From: Candidatus Micrarchaeota archaeon | GTDB taxonomy: Archaea > Micrarchaeota > Micrarchaeia > Anstonellales > Bilamarchaeaceae | NCBI GenBank assembly: GCA_043800955.1 | Contig: JAZDMN010000049.1 | Coordinates: 282 to 64,281, forward strand | DNA: 64,000 nt | Direction of reading: 5' to 3' | Shown here: positions 1 to 9,485 of the stretch, piece by piece | Layout of the letters: every line of letters starts with the position of its first letter | Numbering within the stretch: position 1 is the first letter of the stretch | Translations under genes and position numbers: made by a program | The notes under the pieces: model-generated | What the model was told of the DNA's origin: nothing | The model's database searches: none | What the model saw: the letters and a program-made list of their open reading frames with translations, nothing else

Positions 1-37
1 CGGCTTCAAGCAGAACGCCGAGCTTGCTGAAAGGGAT

Positions 38-448
38 TTGCTCGAAGGCGGGTCGGCTGCGGCAGGGAACATGAGCGACATAAGCAAGCTCCTATACCTC
101 GAAGTTATTGATGCGACTTTCTCGGTCGATGGGGTGGTGGGCGCTTTCGCATTCACCCTCGCAATCCCGCTTATCCTCGTAGGGAACGGCATCGGCGCGT
201 TCGTTGTGCGGGAGTTCACGATTCGCAACATTGAGAACGTGAAGAAGTACATTTTCCTGAAGAACGGCGCGATGTACTCGATTCTCTTCCTTGGGGCGAT
301 TATGATTCTTGACGGCTTCGGTTACCACATCCCGGCATGGCTTTCCCCGATTGTGACTTTCGCGGTGGTAGGCTTCTTCTTCTGGAAGTCGGTCGTCCAC
401 CTGAAAAAGAGCGGCGGCAAGGCCCCGCCGAAGCCCGCTGAGAAATAA
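38..448 (+). CDS. C-terminal part of an integral membrane protein (DUF475/TerC-like, gene starts upstream of window)
   Basis: ORF runs from window edge; multiple hydrophobic helices, Lys/Pro-rich cytoplasmic tail; TTG listed as first codon so true start is upstream. Confidence 0.45.
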   Translation: MLEGGSAAAGNMSDISKLLYLEVIDATFSVDGVVGAFAFTLAIPLILVGNGIGAFVVREFTIRNIENVKKYIFLKNGAMYSILFLGAIMILDGFGYHIPAWLSPIVTFAVVGFFFWKSVVHLKKSGGKAPPKPAEK

Positions 449-513
449 AGGTAATCTTTTATTTGGTTGCGTATGCTAATAGAAAAACGCTTTTTGTGAA
501 ATGATTTTTTCAC

Positions 514-597
514 GCAGGGGTTGCCGAGTGGTCAAAGGCGCCAGGTTCAGGGCCTGGTCGGTTAGTCCGTTCGAGAGTTCAAATCTCTTCCCCTGCA
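514..597 (+). tRNA. tRNA-Leu (anticodon CAG), no intron
   Basis: Acceptor GCAGGGG/CCCCTGC, anticodon stem CCAGG/CCTGG with loop TTCAGGG, long variable arm, T-arm GAGAG-TTCAAAT-CTCTT, discriminator A. Confidence 0.85.
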
Positions 598-804
598 TCA
601 TGCTTCGTTCTAGTATCCTCAACTTTTTCGTCTTTTGCTTCGTCGTGCGGTCTGAGCACGGCAAATCGAAGGTTTGACGCGAAGTGAACGGAAAGCCGTT
701 CACAACGGAATTCTATTAGCCTGTTCAACACACTTCTTTGGGCCCCTTCTTTTGGGGTCACAGAGCTGAAAAATAGCGACTTTCGCTCGATTTTCAAAGA
801 GAAA

Positions 805-1263
805 ATGGCATTCTTAAAAACAAAGCCCTGGATTGCTTGGCTCATGAGGCTTTTCCATCTCGCTGCTGCTGTTGCTTCGCTGTCCGCGCTAGAGGCGGTT
901 TTAGTTGCCCTGGGCGTCCTGCCTCCGGTTCTGTCCTATTCACCAGGAAACATTCTGTTTTCGCTCGCGAAGCTTGTGACAATCGCCTGTGCAGGGGTGA
1001 TTTTCGCGCAGGAAGGTCTGAAGAAAAGCGCGTTGAACGGCGCTATCTTGGGTGGTACCGGAGCCGCCTCCCTCTGCATTTTCAGCCTGCTGGGCTCCAT
1101 ATTGTTCGGCAAAATCGTTCTGGGGCTGCCGCCTGTCAACATCGCATCGCTTGTTATCCTGCTTGCTTTCACTATTATTACGAATGCCGTGCTCGGGACA
1201 ATAGTGGCCGCAATCGCCGGGTTTATTGCTATCCGTACCAGGAAACCGAATAAACGGAAATAG
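805..1263 (+). CDS. hypothetical polytopic membrane protein
   Basis: 152 aa, four or more hydrophobic segments, Lys-rich C-terminus. Confidence 0.45.
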   Translation: MAFLKTKPWIAWLMRLFHLAAAVASLSALEAVLVALGVLPPVLSYSPGNILFSLAKLVTIACAGVIFAQEGLKKSALNGAILGGTGAASLCIFSLLGSILFGKIVLGLPPVNIASLVILLAFTIITNAVLGTIVAAIAGFIAIRTRKPNKRK

Positions 1264-1320
1264 TAAACTTCCTTAAACGGCCCGGCGTGTTCCGCTTGAC
1301 GCAGATGCGGAATGCAGCTT

Positions 1321-2136
1321 TCATATCCTCAGGTACCCTGATTGGGAAGAGTGGCACTTGTTTTTTACAATTGCATCCTTTACCGCTTCCTTGCTCAGGT
1401 TTTCCAGCTCGCAAATGTCGTACATCGTCCCCAGGCTCTCTTTGTCATGGGCATCTGAATCAAAAACGCATGGGACGCCGAGTTTCCTGACGAGCTCTTC
1501 AAATCCCTCCCTCTCTGCAGGGCTGTAGCCCGGAGCGTCGCACTCCATCGCGTCAAACATAAGCAGATCATCTGCGCTGATTTTTTTCAGCCAGTTATTG
1601 GGCAATATCGTCATAGGATGGGCAGCTATTGCTATCCCGCCCTGCGCATGTATCCTTCGTATGGCTTCAGACAATGACAGGCCGCCAGTACAGGGTGGCT
1701 CCTGGTCGTCTCCGGTATCGTTGTTTTTCCTGCACTCCTCTTCCGCCGGATCTTTTGTTATGTCTATTGCGAGTATGTGGCCGTTCGGAGTGGTGAATTC
1801 CATCGAAGGGATGCACAACAGGCGCGTTTCGTTCCTGCATCTTTCCATGTAATCCGGGCAGACGTTATGGTCCGTAATCGCTATGAATTTGAAGCCCAGT
1901 TTCACAGATTCCTCAACCATCTCGTCGTAGCTGTTCTTCCCATCAGAACAGATAGTGTGCATGTGCAGGTTGCCTGAATAGAGATTTTTATCCGCATTTA
2001 ACGGTTTTGGGGCTGCCAGGCTGACCAGTACAATCAGGCCGGCAATCAAAACAAGCGCGAGGAGCGCATATTTCAGATAACCAATTCTATTATATTCAAA
2101 AAGCGAGATCGTTTTCTTCAGCTTTCCGTTTGCCAC
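1321..2136 (-). CDS. PHP-domain metal-dependent phosphoesterase with N-terminal membrane anchor
   Basis: N-terminal TM helix then NLHMHTICSDG ... AITDHN motifs typical of the PHP (polymerase/histidinol phosphatase) family. Confidence 0.7.
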   Translation of the reverse strand: MANGKLKKTISLFEYNRIGYLKYALLALVLIAGLIVLVSLAAPKPLNADKNLYSGNLHMHTICSDGKNSYDEMVEESVKLGFKFIAITDHNVCPDYMERCRNETRLLCIPSMEFTTPNGHILAIDITKDPAEEECRKNNDTGDDQEPPCTGGLSLSEAIRRIHAQGGIAIAAHPMTILPNNWLKKISADDLLMFDAMECDAPGYSPAEREGFEELVRKLGVPCVFDSDAHDKESLGTMYDICELENLSKEAVKDAIVKNKCHSSQSGYLRI

Positions 2137-2510
2137 GCGGATAAAACGCCATTCAACTATAATAATTTGTGCTTCGGGCAGAATCTAAACCGTGGCACAT
2201 TCCTGCCACGCGGAAACGAACTGTGTGTCTCTATTTTCACCTAGAAAACTACGTAGCTCAGGCTAACGGGTTCGGGCCAGGCGTGCGGTCTGAGTTGAAT
2301 TTAGTACATCTGCTGATTTCAAAACAGGCAAATTCATGGAATTTGCCTCTGCTCTCAGAACTGTTCGGGGGTATCTTCCCCTGCAATTATCATTAACGGC
2401 TCATCCGCCATGGGTAAATGGGAATCATTGCGAACCCACCACGAAACGGTCGAGCAGGACCTGATACCTCATGACATGGAACGGCAGCGAACGCTTAATA
2501 ATCTTGATGA

Positions 2511-2972
2511 ATGGTTTTGTGCATGAGGCCGATTATCGCGTTGCTGCTGGTTTTAACATTTTTTGGCTGCGTGTCACGGCCGGAAGTCAGCGAGGATTCC
2601 ATGGGGGTTGTAGGTAATTGGAGGATATACTCCGAGGCAATAACCCTGGATACCGGTGGAACTGATTATTTGAAAGGTGTCCCGACAAGGGAGCTTGAGA
2701 TTCGTTCGGATGGGACATGGAACTACGGCGATTCATCTGGCACATGGACTGTTGAGCAGATTGGGGAAAGCGACTGGAAACGATGGGGGGTGGAACCCTA
2801 CAATCCGACAAGGAAGATCGTGCTTGATGGCTGGGCCGGCGTTAGTGGCGATGGGCCGATTGAGGAATCATCAGGCCAGATTGATTTCATCTGGGTCATC
2901 TATAGGTCCGGACCGCCTGTCACATCCGCCCCGGCACAGGTACAGATAAAATTCGGTCATACGAACAGTTAA
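2511..2972 (+). CDS. hypothetical lipoprotein/secreted protein
   Basis: Signal peptide with lipobox-like LTFFGC, Trp/Gly-rich mature part; likely real start near 2523. Confidence 0.45.
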   Translation: MVLCMRPIIALLLVLTFFGCVSRPEVSEDSMGVVGNWRIYSEAITLDTGGTDYLKGVPTRELEIRSDGTWNYGDSSGTWTVEQIGESDWKRWGVEPYNPTRKIVLDGWAGVSGDGPIEESSGQIDFIWVIYRSGPPVTSAPAQVQIKFGHTNS

Positions 2973-3081
2973 TGTTTTTTTCCTGTTTTTCAACATTTAG
3001 AAGAAACTCGTCTTCAATTGGCGGCTAATCCCGAAGGAATCCCTCCAATGGCCCTGGAAAAGGATATGGAAAAAGGAAAAA

Positions 3082-3687
3082 TCAATACTGCTCACATAGC
3101 AGCATGTAGTAGCTCTTGTCATGGTCGCACGAGGGGCACTTTGCCGGCGGCTCGTTGCCTTCGTGCACATAGCCGCATTTCATGCATACCCACTTCACTT
3201 TTGCCGACTTCTTGAAGACGGTGCCTGCCTTGACCTGCTCAAGGAGCATTTTGTAGCGTGATTCGTGGTGCGCTTCGACCTTGCCAATCGAGCGGAGGCG
3301 CGATGCTTCGTCCGCGAAGCCTTCCTTCTGCGCCACATCCGCGAATTCAGGATACATTGTCGTCGTCTCGTAGTGCTCGCCTGCAATCGCAGCTGCGAGG
3401 TTCTCTGCGGTGGTCTTAACTACATGGGGGACTTCCATCTCGACTTTCGGGTCAAACCTGCTGCCGGTCTTTTCCATGACCGCATTCAGCATCCTCATGT
3501 TCCATTCCGCATGCTCAAGCTCGTTCATCGCCGTCGCGAGGAAGAGCTCCGCAATCTGCCGGTAGCCTTCCTTGGTGGCGATGCCTGCGTACATCGTGTA
3601 GCGGTTTCGCGCCATGCTTTCTCCGATGAATGCCTTCCCCAGATTCTCCAATGTCTTGTAATCTCCCATCAGAACACCTAACAACAA
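3082..3687 (-). CDS. rbr: rubrerythrin
   Basis: Ferritin-like diiron E..EXXH motifs (AFIGESMARNRY, ELEHAEW) plus C-terminal rubredoxin-like CxxC...CxxC; probable ATG start at ~3669 (MGDYKTL). Confidence 0.85.
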   Translation of the reverse strand: MLLGVLMGDYKTLENLGKAFIGESMARNRYTMYAGIATKEGYRQIAELFLATAMNELEHAEWNMRMLNAVMEKTGSRFDPKVEMEVPHVVKTTAENLAAAIAGEHYETTTMYPEFADVAQKEGFADEASRLRSIGKVEAHHESRYKMLLEQVKAGTVFKKSAKVKWVCMKCGYVHEGNEPPAKCPSCDHDKSYYMLLCEQY

Positions 3688-3724
3688 TTTCAGTATATTT
3701 CAGTAGAATAAACCGGATTGTACG

Positions 3725-4963
3725 TTATTGGCCCTCTCCGTCTCCGACCTTGCCGAATTCAATCGGCTGCCTCGTGAAGACGCGCACTCCGGATGGCACG
3801 TTCTTGTTCACGACGACGCCGGAATGTATCTCGCATCCTGCGCCAATCAGCTTGCCCGGCATCGTGCAGGAGAGGACGCCGAATTTCGTATTATCGCCAA
3901 CGAAAGCCCCGAGCTTCTTCTTTCCCGAGTTCGCCCAGCCTTTTTCTGTAAGCACGTTCACATTATCGCCGTCGAAGCGGAAGTTCGCGATCTGTGTTCC
4001 TGAGCCGAAATTGACGTTCTCTCCTATGACGCTGTCGCCAATGTATGCCAGGTGCTTCGCATTGACATTGTCGAGCAGTATGCTGCTTTTCACGGTCGTG
4101 CCCGGCCCTATAGAACAGTTCTTGCCTATCGAGCAGAAGCCACGTATGCACGCGTTCGGCCCGATGGTCGTCCCCTCACCGATATATGCGCAGCCCTCTA
4201 CGTAGCTGTTGATTATCCTTGCACCAGGTTCCATGATGACCTTGCCTTCAATAGTCGAGTTTTCTATGTGGCCGCTCTTCGCCTCCATTTTCGAGAGCAG
4301 GTATTCGTTGGCCTCAAGCAGGTCCCACGGGTATGCGATATCCCGCCAATAGCCCGAGACGACAACGCCCTTCGCTCCCACGAAAAGGCTGGTAATCTCG
4401 TACTCGCCCCGCTCTGATTTCCCGATTGATTTCAGCTCGGAAAAGACCGTCGGCTCCATGCAATAGACCGAAAGGTTCGCCAGGTCGGACTTGGGGTGGG
4501 TAGGTTTCTCTTCGAAGATGCTTATCCGGTCGCCCGAAAGCTCCGCAACACCATATCCGTGCGGGTTCGCGACCTTCTTGAGCCCGACGGTTATTCCGCC
4601 GGAATGCGCATCCATTACTGCTTTGATAACAGATGCCTCTGTGACGATATCGCCTGCCAGAACAATAAATGTGTCATCGATATGCGGCTGTGCGCAGAGC
4701 AGCGCTGCTCCCGAGCCGTTCTCCGCTCCCTGCTCCACGAACGTGATTTTGAGGCCGAAATCGTTCTTCGAGACATATTCCACGATTTTTTCCTTCATAC
4801 GACGTACGACAATGACGGCTTCGGTTATGCCCGCCTTCTTCGCCTCGCATAGGAGGTTGTGGAGGATGGGCCTGCCTGCTGCATGGAGCATCGGCTTTGG
4901 CCTTGTCTCTGTGAGCGGCCGGAGGCGCACGCCGTCGCCGGCGGCAAGGATTATCGCTTTCAT
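3725..4963 (-). CDS. bifunctional sugar-1-phosphate nucleotidyltransferase / acetyltransferase (GlmU-like, archaeal ST0452-type)
   Basis: N-terminal MKAIILAAGDGVRLRPLT nucleotidyltransferase motif, C-terminal left-handed beta-helix hexapeptide repeats. Confidence 0.8.
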   Translation of the reverse strand: MKAIILAAGDGVRLRPLTETRPKPMLHAAGRPILHNLLCEAKKAGITEAVIVVRRMKEKIVEYVSKNDFGLKITFVEQGAENGSGAALLCAQPHIDDTFIVLAGDIVTEASVIKAVMDAHSGGITVGLKKVANPHGYGVAELSGDRISIFEEKPTHPKSDLANLSVYCMEPTVFSELKSIGKSERGEYEITSLFVGAKGVVVSGYWRDIAYPWDLLEANEYLLSKMEAKSGHIENSTIEGKVIMEPGARIINSYVEGCAYIGEGTTIGPNACIRGFCSIGKNCSIGPGTTVKSSILLDNVNAKHLAYIGDSVIGENVNFGSGTQIANFRFDGDNVNVLTEKGWANSGKKKLGAFVGDNTKFGVLSCTMPGKLIGAGCEIHSGVVVNKNVPSGVRVFTRQPIEFGKVGDGEGQ

Positions 4964-5053
4964 GGATGGTTATCGCAAGAATCGCTTTAAGCCGTTTGTA
5001 TTTGCCATCATTCACATATATATTTATAAATTGTAACAAATAGATTCATCTGT

Positions 5054-5851
5054 ATGCGCCTGAGGAAAACACTTGCATTCTGCGGAGAAGAAGCGAAGAA
5101 GCCGCAGAAAATCAGGAAGCTCGCATTCGCATTGACATTTTCTTTGCCGCTCCTTGCAGCATGCGGAGCGCATGCCACATCGCTTAAATCCGGAAGCACG
5201 CTCCCGGCCCAACCGGTGGTGCAAGCCAGGCTTCAGGAACGCCAGAGGCCGACTAGACCAGCGGGACCAGCATGTGGTTCCGGGCTAGAAAGCCTCCTGC
5301 AACCTGGAGAGACCATCCGGCAGACCGTCTGCAGGTTCGGCAGGGATTATGTGATGACCAATACGAGCCTCCTTATCGTGACAAGGACCAGGGAGAGCAT
5401 TTCGTTCGAGCCTATTTCCCTTGCGATGTACGCGACCAGGACCGACATGGGCCAGCTTCAGGAGCAGGGCATAGCCGACTGGGAACCGAGCGAGGATTCG
5501 GTATTCGTTTTAACGAAGAACGACAGACTATTGACGAGACTTCCGAATGAGGGCATGGGTGACACCGTCCCGGCATATACAATGCCTTTCGATACGTCCG
5601 CACTCGGAAGCGAAAGCATGGTCTATTATTCAGGATTCCTCTTTATCGCGCCGCGCGGCGCCAACGTCATGGCACTCTCATTCGATGGGGGCTTTCAATC
5701 AAGGAGCCTTCCGCTCCGTTCGCAGTTAGCAGACGCCGGATTCTTCACAAGGAGTAATACTCTGATTTTCGGAAAAGCCGGCGTTGAGGAGACGGAGATG
5801 CGCGTGGAAGGAACCGGCATCAATAGCATACGGACGATAAGACGGATATAA
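5054..5851 (+). CDS. hypothetical secreted/lipoprotein, first gene of a higher-GC module
   Basis: Signal peptide ending LLAACGAHA; Arg/Thr/Ser/Pro-rich composition unlike neighbours; TATA-like tttataaat about 25 nt upstream. Confidence 0.5.
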   Translation: MRLRKTLAFCGEEAKKPQKIRKLAFALTFSLPLLAACGAHATSLKSGSTLPAQPVVQARLQERQRPTRPAGPACGSGLESLLQPGETIRQTVCRFGRDYVMTNTSLLIVTRTRESISFEPISLAMYATRTDMGQLQEQGIADWEPSEDSVFVLTKNDRLLTRLPNEGMGDTVPAYTMPFDTSALGSESMVYYSGFLFIAPRGANVMALSFDGGFQSRSLPLRSQLADAGFFTRSNTLIFGKAGVEETEMRVEGTGINSIRTIRRI

Positions 5852-5870
5852 AATAAAATGGGGAAAAAAA

Positions 5871-6536
5871 TCAGCTTCCCCTGCGCCTTCTTACCTCACT
5901 TATCGCGATGCGCTGATCGTTCGGGTTGCGGAGCATGGCATTATAGGCACTCGCATACCCTTCAGCGAATTGCGCGAACTCGGGCGTATTCTGGATTGTG
6001 CGACCTGAGACGGTTGCCCCTTCAGGAGTCGTTATCGCGATAATCGGATTCGGGCTTGCCGATAGCATGCGGCTGAGCTGGCCAGCCCTGCTTCCCTGGA
6101 CGGTCGTCAGTCCCCCCGAAACGAGGGCGGCGTTGGTCTGGACGCGATAGTGGCTCCCATCGATAGTCACATCGTAGACGAATGTCCTGACCGGGGCAGG
6201 CGTCTGCACCTCTGCAACCATCGTCGGACCTGGCCTGCTCGGTCCTGCAAGCATCAAGCCTGAGAACATCTCCGAGACCTGCCCGGGCTGGAGTTGGCTG
6301 AGCCTCCGCGTGGATGGCGATATCCGGCTCCAGCTGGCGTTGATTGTGTTGATGTCGTTCACCCATTCGGACTGCCGGGAGGTCAATACGACATTCTGCC
6401 CGCTGCGAAGGCGCTGGACGATGTCCATGAATTCCCTCGCCTGCACATCGGTATAGCCGCGGTGGACAAGCTTGTCCATGAAAATCCGCTCTGTTTCGGA
6501 TAATCGCGCTTCTGTAGGTCTTTGTGTTTGTGCCAT
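5871..6536 (-). CDS. hypothetical protein, paralog B of tandem pair (conserved FVYDVTIDGSHYRV core)
   Basis: 221 aa; shares FVYD-x-(I/L)-x-G-x-x-YRV core and several C-terminal blocks with upstream gene 6548-7159. Confidence 0.55.
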   Translation of the reverse strand: MAQTQRPTEARLSETERIFMDKLVHRGYTDVQAREFMDIVQRLRSGQNVVLTSRQSEWVNDINTINASWSRISPSTRRLSQLQPGQVSEMFSGLMLAGPSRPGPTMVAEVQTPAPVRTFVYDVTIDGSHYRVQTNAALVSGGLTTVQGSRAGQLSRMLSASPNPIIAITTPEGATVSGRTIQNTPEFAQFAEGYASAYNAMLRNPNDQRIAISEVRRRRGS

Positions 6537-6547
6537 TCATGCCACCC

Positions 6548-7159
6548 CTAGAGTCTCCTCGTGCTGCCCTCTTGCGGGACTTCCGTGATGCGGACAGCCG
6601 TGCTTTCGACGTATCTTCCGTTGCGGAACGTGAGGTTGAGATATGCGTCCCTGAAGAGGTCAAGCCTCTGGTTGGGCGTTCCTGCATTGAACCTCTGCTC
6701 GGCCTGGCTGGAACCGGGCATGGTCACCTGCGCAAGCGCAACTACGGGGCTTGCCGGATCGCTCGGATTCGCGTGCGTGACCAGCTGGTTGTTCAGCAGC
6801 AAATCATGAAGACGCCTCTGGGCATCCGCCAAATTAACGCCGCCGCCACGTAGCGTCGGTAGCGGCTCGGCAAGCGCGACGCGGTATGTCCTGCCTCCGA
6901 GGCTGATATCGTAAACGAACTGCTCGACGCGCCTTGGCGCAGGCTGCCTTCTGGATTGCGGCGCGGTCTCCACGGGTGACGAAGGCTGGGTGGAAGTCTG
7001 CTGCGTGCGGCGCGCCATCTCCTCGAGGAATTGGCGGATTTGTTCGCGCTGCTCCGGCGTGAACTGCACGCTCCTGATTCGCTGCACCAGTTCGCGCAGT
7101 GACTGGATTATGCTTTCAGTTTCTTCCCTTTCCGGCGGCCTCTTTTGAGCTTGCACCAT
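6548..7159 (-). CDS. hypothetical protein, paralog A of tandem pair
   Basis: 203 aa; helical Glu/Arg/Gln-rich N-terminus, Pro/Ser linker, FVYDISLGGRTYRV core; co-directional, 11 nt from paralog B. Confidence 0.55.
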   Translation of the reverse strand: MVQAQKRPPEREETESIIQSLRELVQRIRSVQFTPEQREQIRQFLEEMARRTQQTSTQPSSPVETAPQSRRQPAPRRVEQFVYDISLGGRTYRVALAEPLPTLRGGGVNLADAQRRLHDLLLNNQLVTHANPSDPASPVVALAQVTMPGSSQAEQRFNAGTPNQRLDLFRDAYLNLTFRNGRYVESTAVRITEVPQEGSTRRL

Positions 7160-7228
7160 AATATCACTTCCAATGCAACAATATTATATATGATAACATT
7201 TTTTAACCGGTTTATCATCAAATATCAT

Positions 7229-8269
7229 ATGCTCGAGCGAAAAAAGATAGAGGATATTCTCTCCAAATACAAGAAGTTCAAGATAGCTACCATTTGCTCT
7301 CATTCTTCGTTGCAGATTTTCAAGGGAGCGCGTGAGGAAGGCATCAAGACAATCGGCATTGTCCAGAAGGACAAGCGCAAGCTCTACGAATCCTTCCCGC
7401 TCGGGAGGCCAGACGAATTCATAGAAGTCGAGGACTACAAGGATATCCCGCTAGATTATCTTGTGGATGAGGAGGCCATATTGATTCCGCATGGCTCTTT
7501 CGTTGAATATGTCGGGGCGGCATTCGACGACCTTCCGGTGCCGGTTTACGGGAACCGGAGGAGCCTTATGTGGGAGCGCAGCCGGGAAAAGATGTTCCAG
7601 TGGCTCAAAAAAGCAGGCATCAAGACGCCACGCATCCTCAAGCCCGAAGAGATTGACGGCCCGGCCATGGTGAAGTTCCCGGGCGCCAAGGGCGGGCGCG
7701 GGTATGTCGTCGTCAGCTCAGAAGAGGAGTTCCGGAAAAGGGTCAATGAGAAGGAATACATGATACAGGAATTCCTGATAGGCGTGCGCGCCTATCCGCA
7801 TTATTTCTTCAGCCCCTTTCCAGGCCATGGATACAAGACGAAGCAGGGCGAATTGGAGCTGCTAGGCGTTGACCGGAGGGTCGAGAGCAGCGCGGACGAG
7901 ATTGCCCGAGCCGTGTCATTGGGCATGGACCCCAAGATGGCATTTACCGTCATAGGCAATGAGCCCCTGGTCCTGCGCGAATCGCTCCTTTCGGAATATA
8001 TGGAAATCGGGAGGACGATAAGCGAGACGTCGTTCGACCTCTTCGGCGGCCTCATCGGGCCCTTCTGCGTGGAGACGATAATAACCGAGGAGCTCGAGAT
8101 TTACGCTTTCGAAATCAGCGCGAGGATAGTCGCCGGAACGAACGTCTACCCTGAAGGCTCTCCGTATTCGGTCTATTACTACAAGGAGCCCATGAGCGCA
8201 GGAAGGCGGATAGCCAAGGAACTCAAGCGCGCGGCGAAGATGAAGAAGCTGAGTCAGATAGTCTACTAG
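7229..8269 (+). CDS. purP: 5-formaminoimidazole-4-carboxamide ribonucleotide (FAICAR) synthetase PurP
   Basis: N-terminus ...ILSKY...IATICSHSSLQIF matches the archaeal PurP signature, ATP-grasp like; ORF track starts at 7145 but MLERKK at ~7229 is the likely start. Confidence 0.8.
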   Translation: MLERKKIEDILSKYKKFKIATICSHSSLQIFKGAREEGIKTIGIVQKDKRKLYESFPLGRPDEFIEVEDYKDIPLDYLVDEEAILIPHGSFVEYVGAAFDDLPVPVYGNRRSLMWERSREKMFQWLKKAGIKTPRILKPEEIDGPAMVKFPGAKGGRGYVVVSSEEEFRKRVNEKEYMIQEFLIGVRAYPHYFFSPFPGHGYKTKQGELELLGVDRRVESSADEIARAVSLGMDPKMAFTVIGNEPLVLRESLLSEYMEIGRTISETSFDLFGGLIGPFCVETIITEELEIYAFEISARIVAGTNVYPEGSPYSVYYYKEPMSAGRRIAKELKRAAKMKKLSQIVY

Positions 8270-8281
8270 GCGGTCACTCAT

Positions 8282-8977
8282 ATGGCGCAAGACAGCGTAC
8301 CGAAGCACATCGCGATAATACCCGACGGCAACCGCAGGTGGAGCCAGAAGAAGGGGATTTCCAAGCAGGAGGGGTACGCAATTGGAATCCGTAAAATCGG
8401 AGACGTCCTCAAATGGTGCAAGGCGGCGGATGTCCGGATGCTTACCATGTGGGGATTTTCCACCGACAATTTCAAGCGGGACCGTGACGAGGTGGGCGGC
8501 CTCTTCGAGCTTTTCAAGGACAACCTCCGCAAGGCCATCGAAAGCGACGACCGGAACAAGGATGAGCTGCGCGTGCGCTTTTTCGGTCGCCTGTCGTTGT
8601 TCCCGCAGGAGATACAGGAGATGATAAGGAAGGCCGAAAGCATGACGGCGGGAGGAGAGCGGAAGTACCAGCTCAACCTGCTTTTATCTTACGGCGGCCG
8701 CGAGGAGATAGTCGATGCCGTGAACAAAATGCTTACGGAGGGCCTCAAATCCGTGGACGAGGAGGCTATAAGCGCTCACCTATATACGAAGGGCCTCCCG
8801 GACCCGGACCTTGTTATACGGACCTCGGGGGAGCAGAGGCTTTCGGGACTTATGCCGTGGCAGGCATGCTACAGCGAGTTCTATTTCTGCAGGAAGCTCT
8901 GGCCGGATTTCTCGAAGAAGGATTTCGGCGCTGCTTTGAAGGAATATGCCAAAAGGAAGCGAAGGTACGGCAAGTGA
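8282..8977 (+). CDS. uppS: cis-prenyltransferase (undecaprenyl/di-trans,poly-cis-polyprenyl diphosphate synthase)
   Basis: HIAIIPDGNRRW ... RTSGEQRLSGLMPWQ motifs of the UppS family. Confidence 0.85.
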   Translation: MAQDSVPKHIAIIPDGNRRWSQKKGISKQEGYAIGIRKIGDVLKWCKAADVRMLTMWGFSTDNFKRDRDEVGGLFELFKDNLRKAIESDDRNKDELRVRFFGRLSLFPQEIQEMIRKAESMTAGGERKYQLNLLLSYGGREEIVDAVNKMLTEGLKSVDEEAISAHLYTKGLPDPDLVIRTSGEQRLSGLMPWQACYSEFYFCRKLWPDFSKKDFGAALKEYAKRKRRYGK

Positions 8978-9170
8978 GCCATACGCTCTCCTGCTTCGAT
9001 ATCCTGCGCTTGTATCGCTCCATCATGTCCCGGACCATCTCTGCCTGGTCGGCCGCGAAAAAGATGTGGGCAATCCCGTAGGACAGCACGGCCGGCAGGG
9101 GGGAAGCGCCCGCGCAGGCTGCAGAGGCGACACGAATATAAACCGTTGCGATAGAGTTCATATCAACTTA

Positions 9171-9339
9171 GCCGCAGTAGCTCAGTGGGAGAGCACACCT
9201 GCCTCTTTTAGGATTTATTTAGCTAAAAGAGACTGTGAAGCTGAAGACTCTCGATGAGTTGAAGGCCCTGTTTTGGGCCGCTTTTTTACTAAAAAAGGCG
9301 GAAACGGTGGGGTCGCTTGTTCAAATCAGGCCTGCGGCA
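9171..9339 (+). tRNA. intron-containing tRNA, most likely tRNA-Lys (anticodon UUU), ~95 nt intron after position 37, atypical extra nucleotides
   Basis: Acceptor GCCGCAG/CTGCGGC (7 bp) + discriminator A, D-arm GCTC-AGTGGGA-GAGC, hairpin TGCCT-CTTTTA...A-AGGCG giving loop CUUUUAA, T-arm GCTTG-TTCAAAT-CAGGC; 4 extra nt (ACAC/CACC) 5' and ~9 extra nt (GAAACGGTG) 3' of the anticodon stem that can pair with each other. Confidence 0.55.
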
Positions 9340-9485
9340 ATTTTTTCTTCTGTTCCCGGTTTCCAGTCCTGGGTTTTGGCTCTGGAAAAATTGCCGGTAG
9401 TGGCCGGCAGGCCACCCAACGGCATTTTCGTGTTTTTAGATGACATACCACACCATTTATAAATGATTTTTACAACTATATACTC

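Noticed and set aside
2136-2510. Possible C/D-box small RNA (TGATGA near 2493) and ORF 2169-2396
   Set aside because: There is no matching D box (CTGA) at the right spacing and no terminal stem. The ORF has no support, so the region was left as a promoter/intergenic region.
3082-3687. Off-by-one inconsistency between my base counting and ORF-track coordinates near 3060
   Set aside because: The ORF-track translation implies one fewer A in the run at ~3057-3062 than my count of the displayed sequence gives. I treated this as my own indexing uncertainty rather than a frameshift. It is the reason hand-derived RNA coordinates are given as approximate.
7145-7228. N-terminal 28-codon extension of purP
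   Set aside because: It runs through the AT-rich divergent promoter region. The PurP family signature begins at MLERKK, so 7229 was taken as the start.
9235-9462. 75-aa ORF overlapping the tRNA-Lys intron and 3' exon
   Set aside because: It lies inside and across the tRNA gene on the same strand, with no motif. The intron is too small to host a homing endonuclease.
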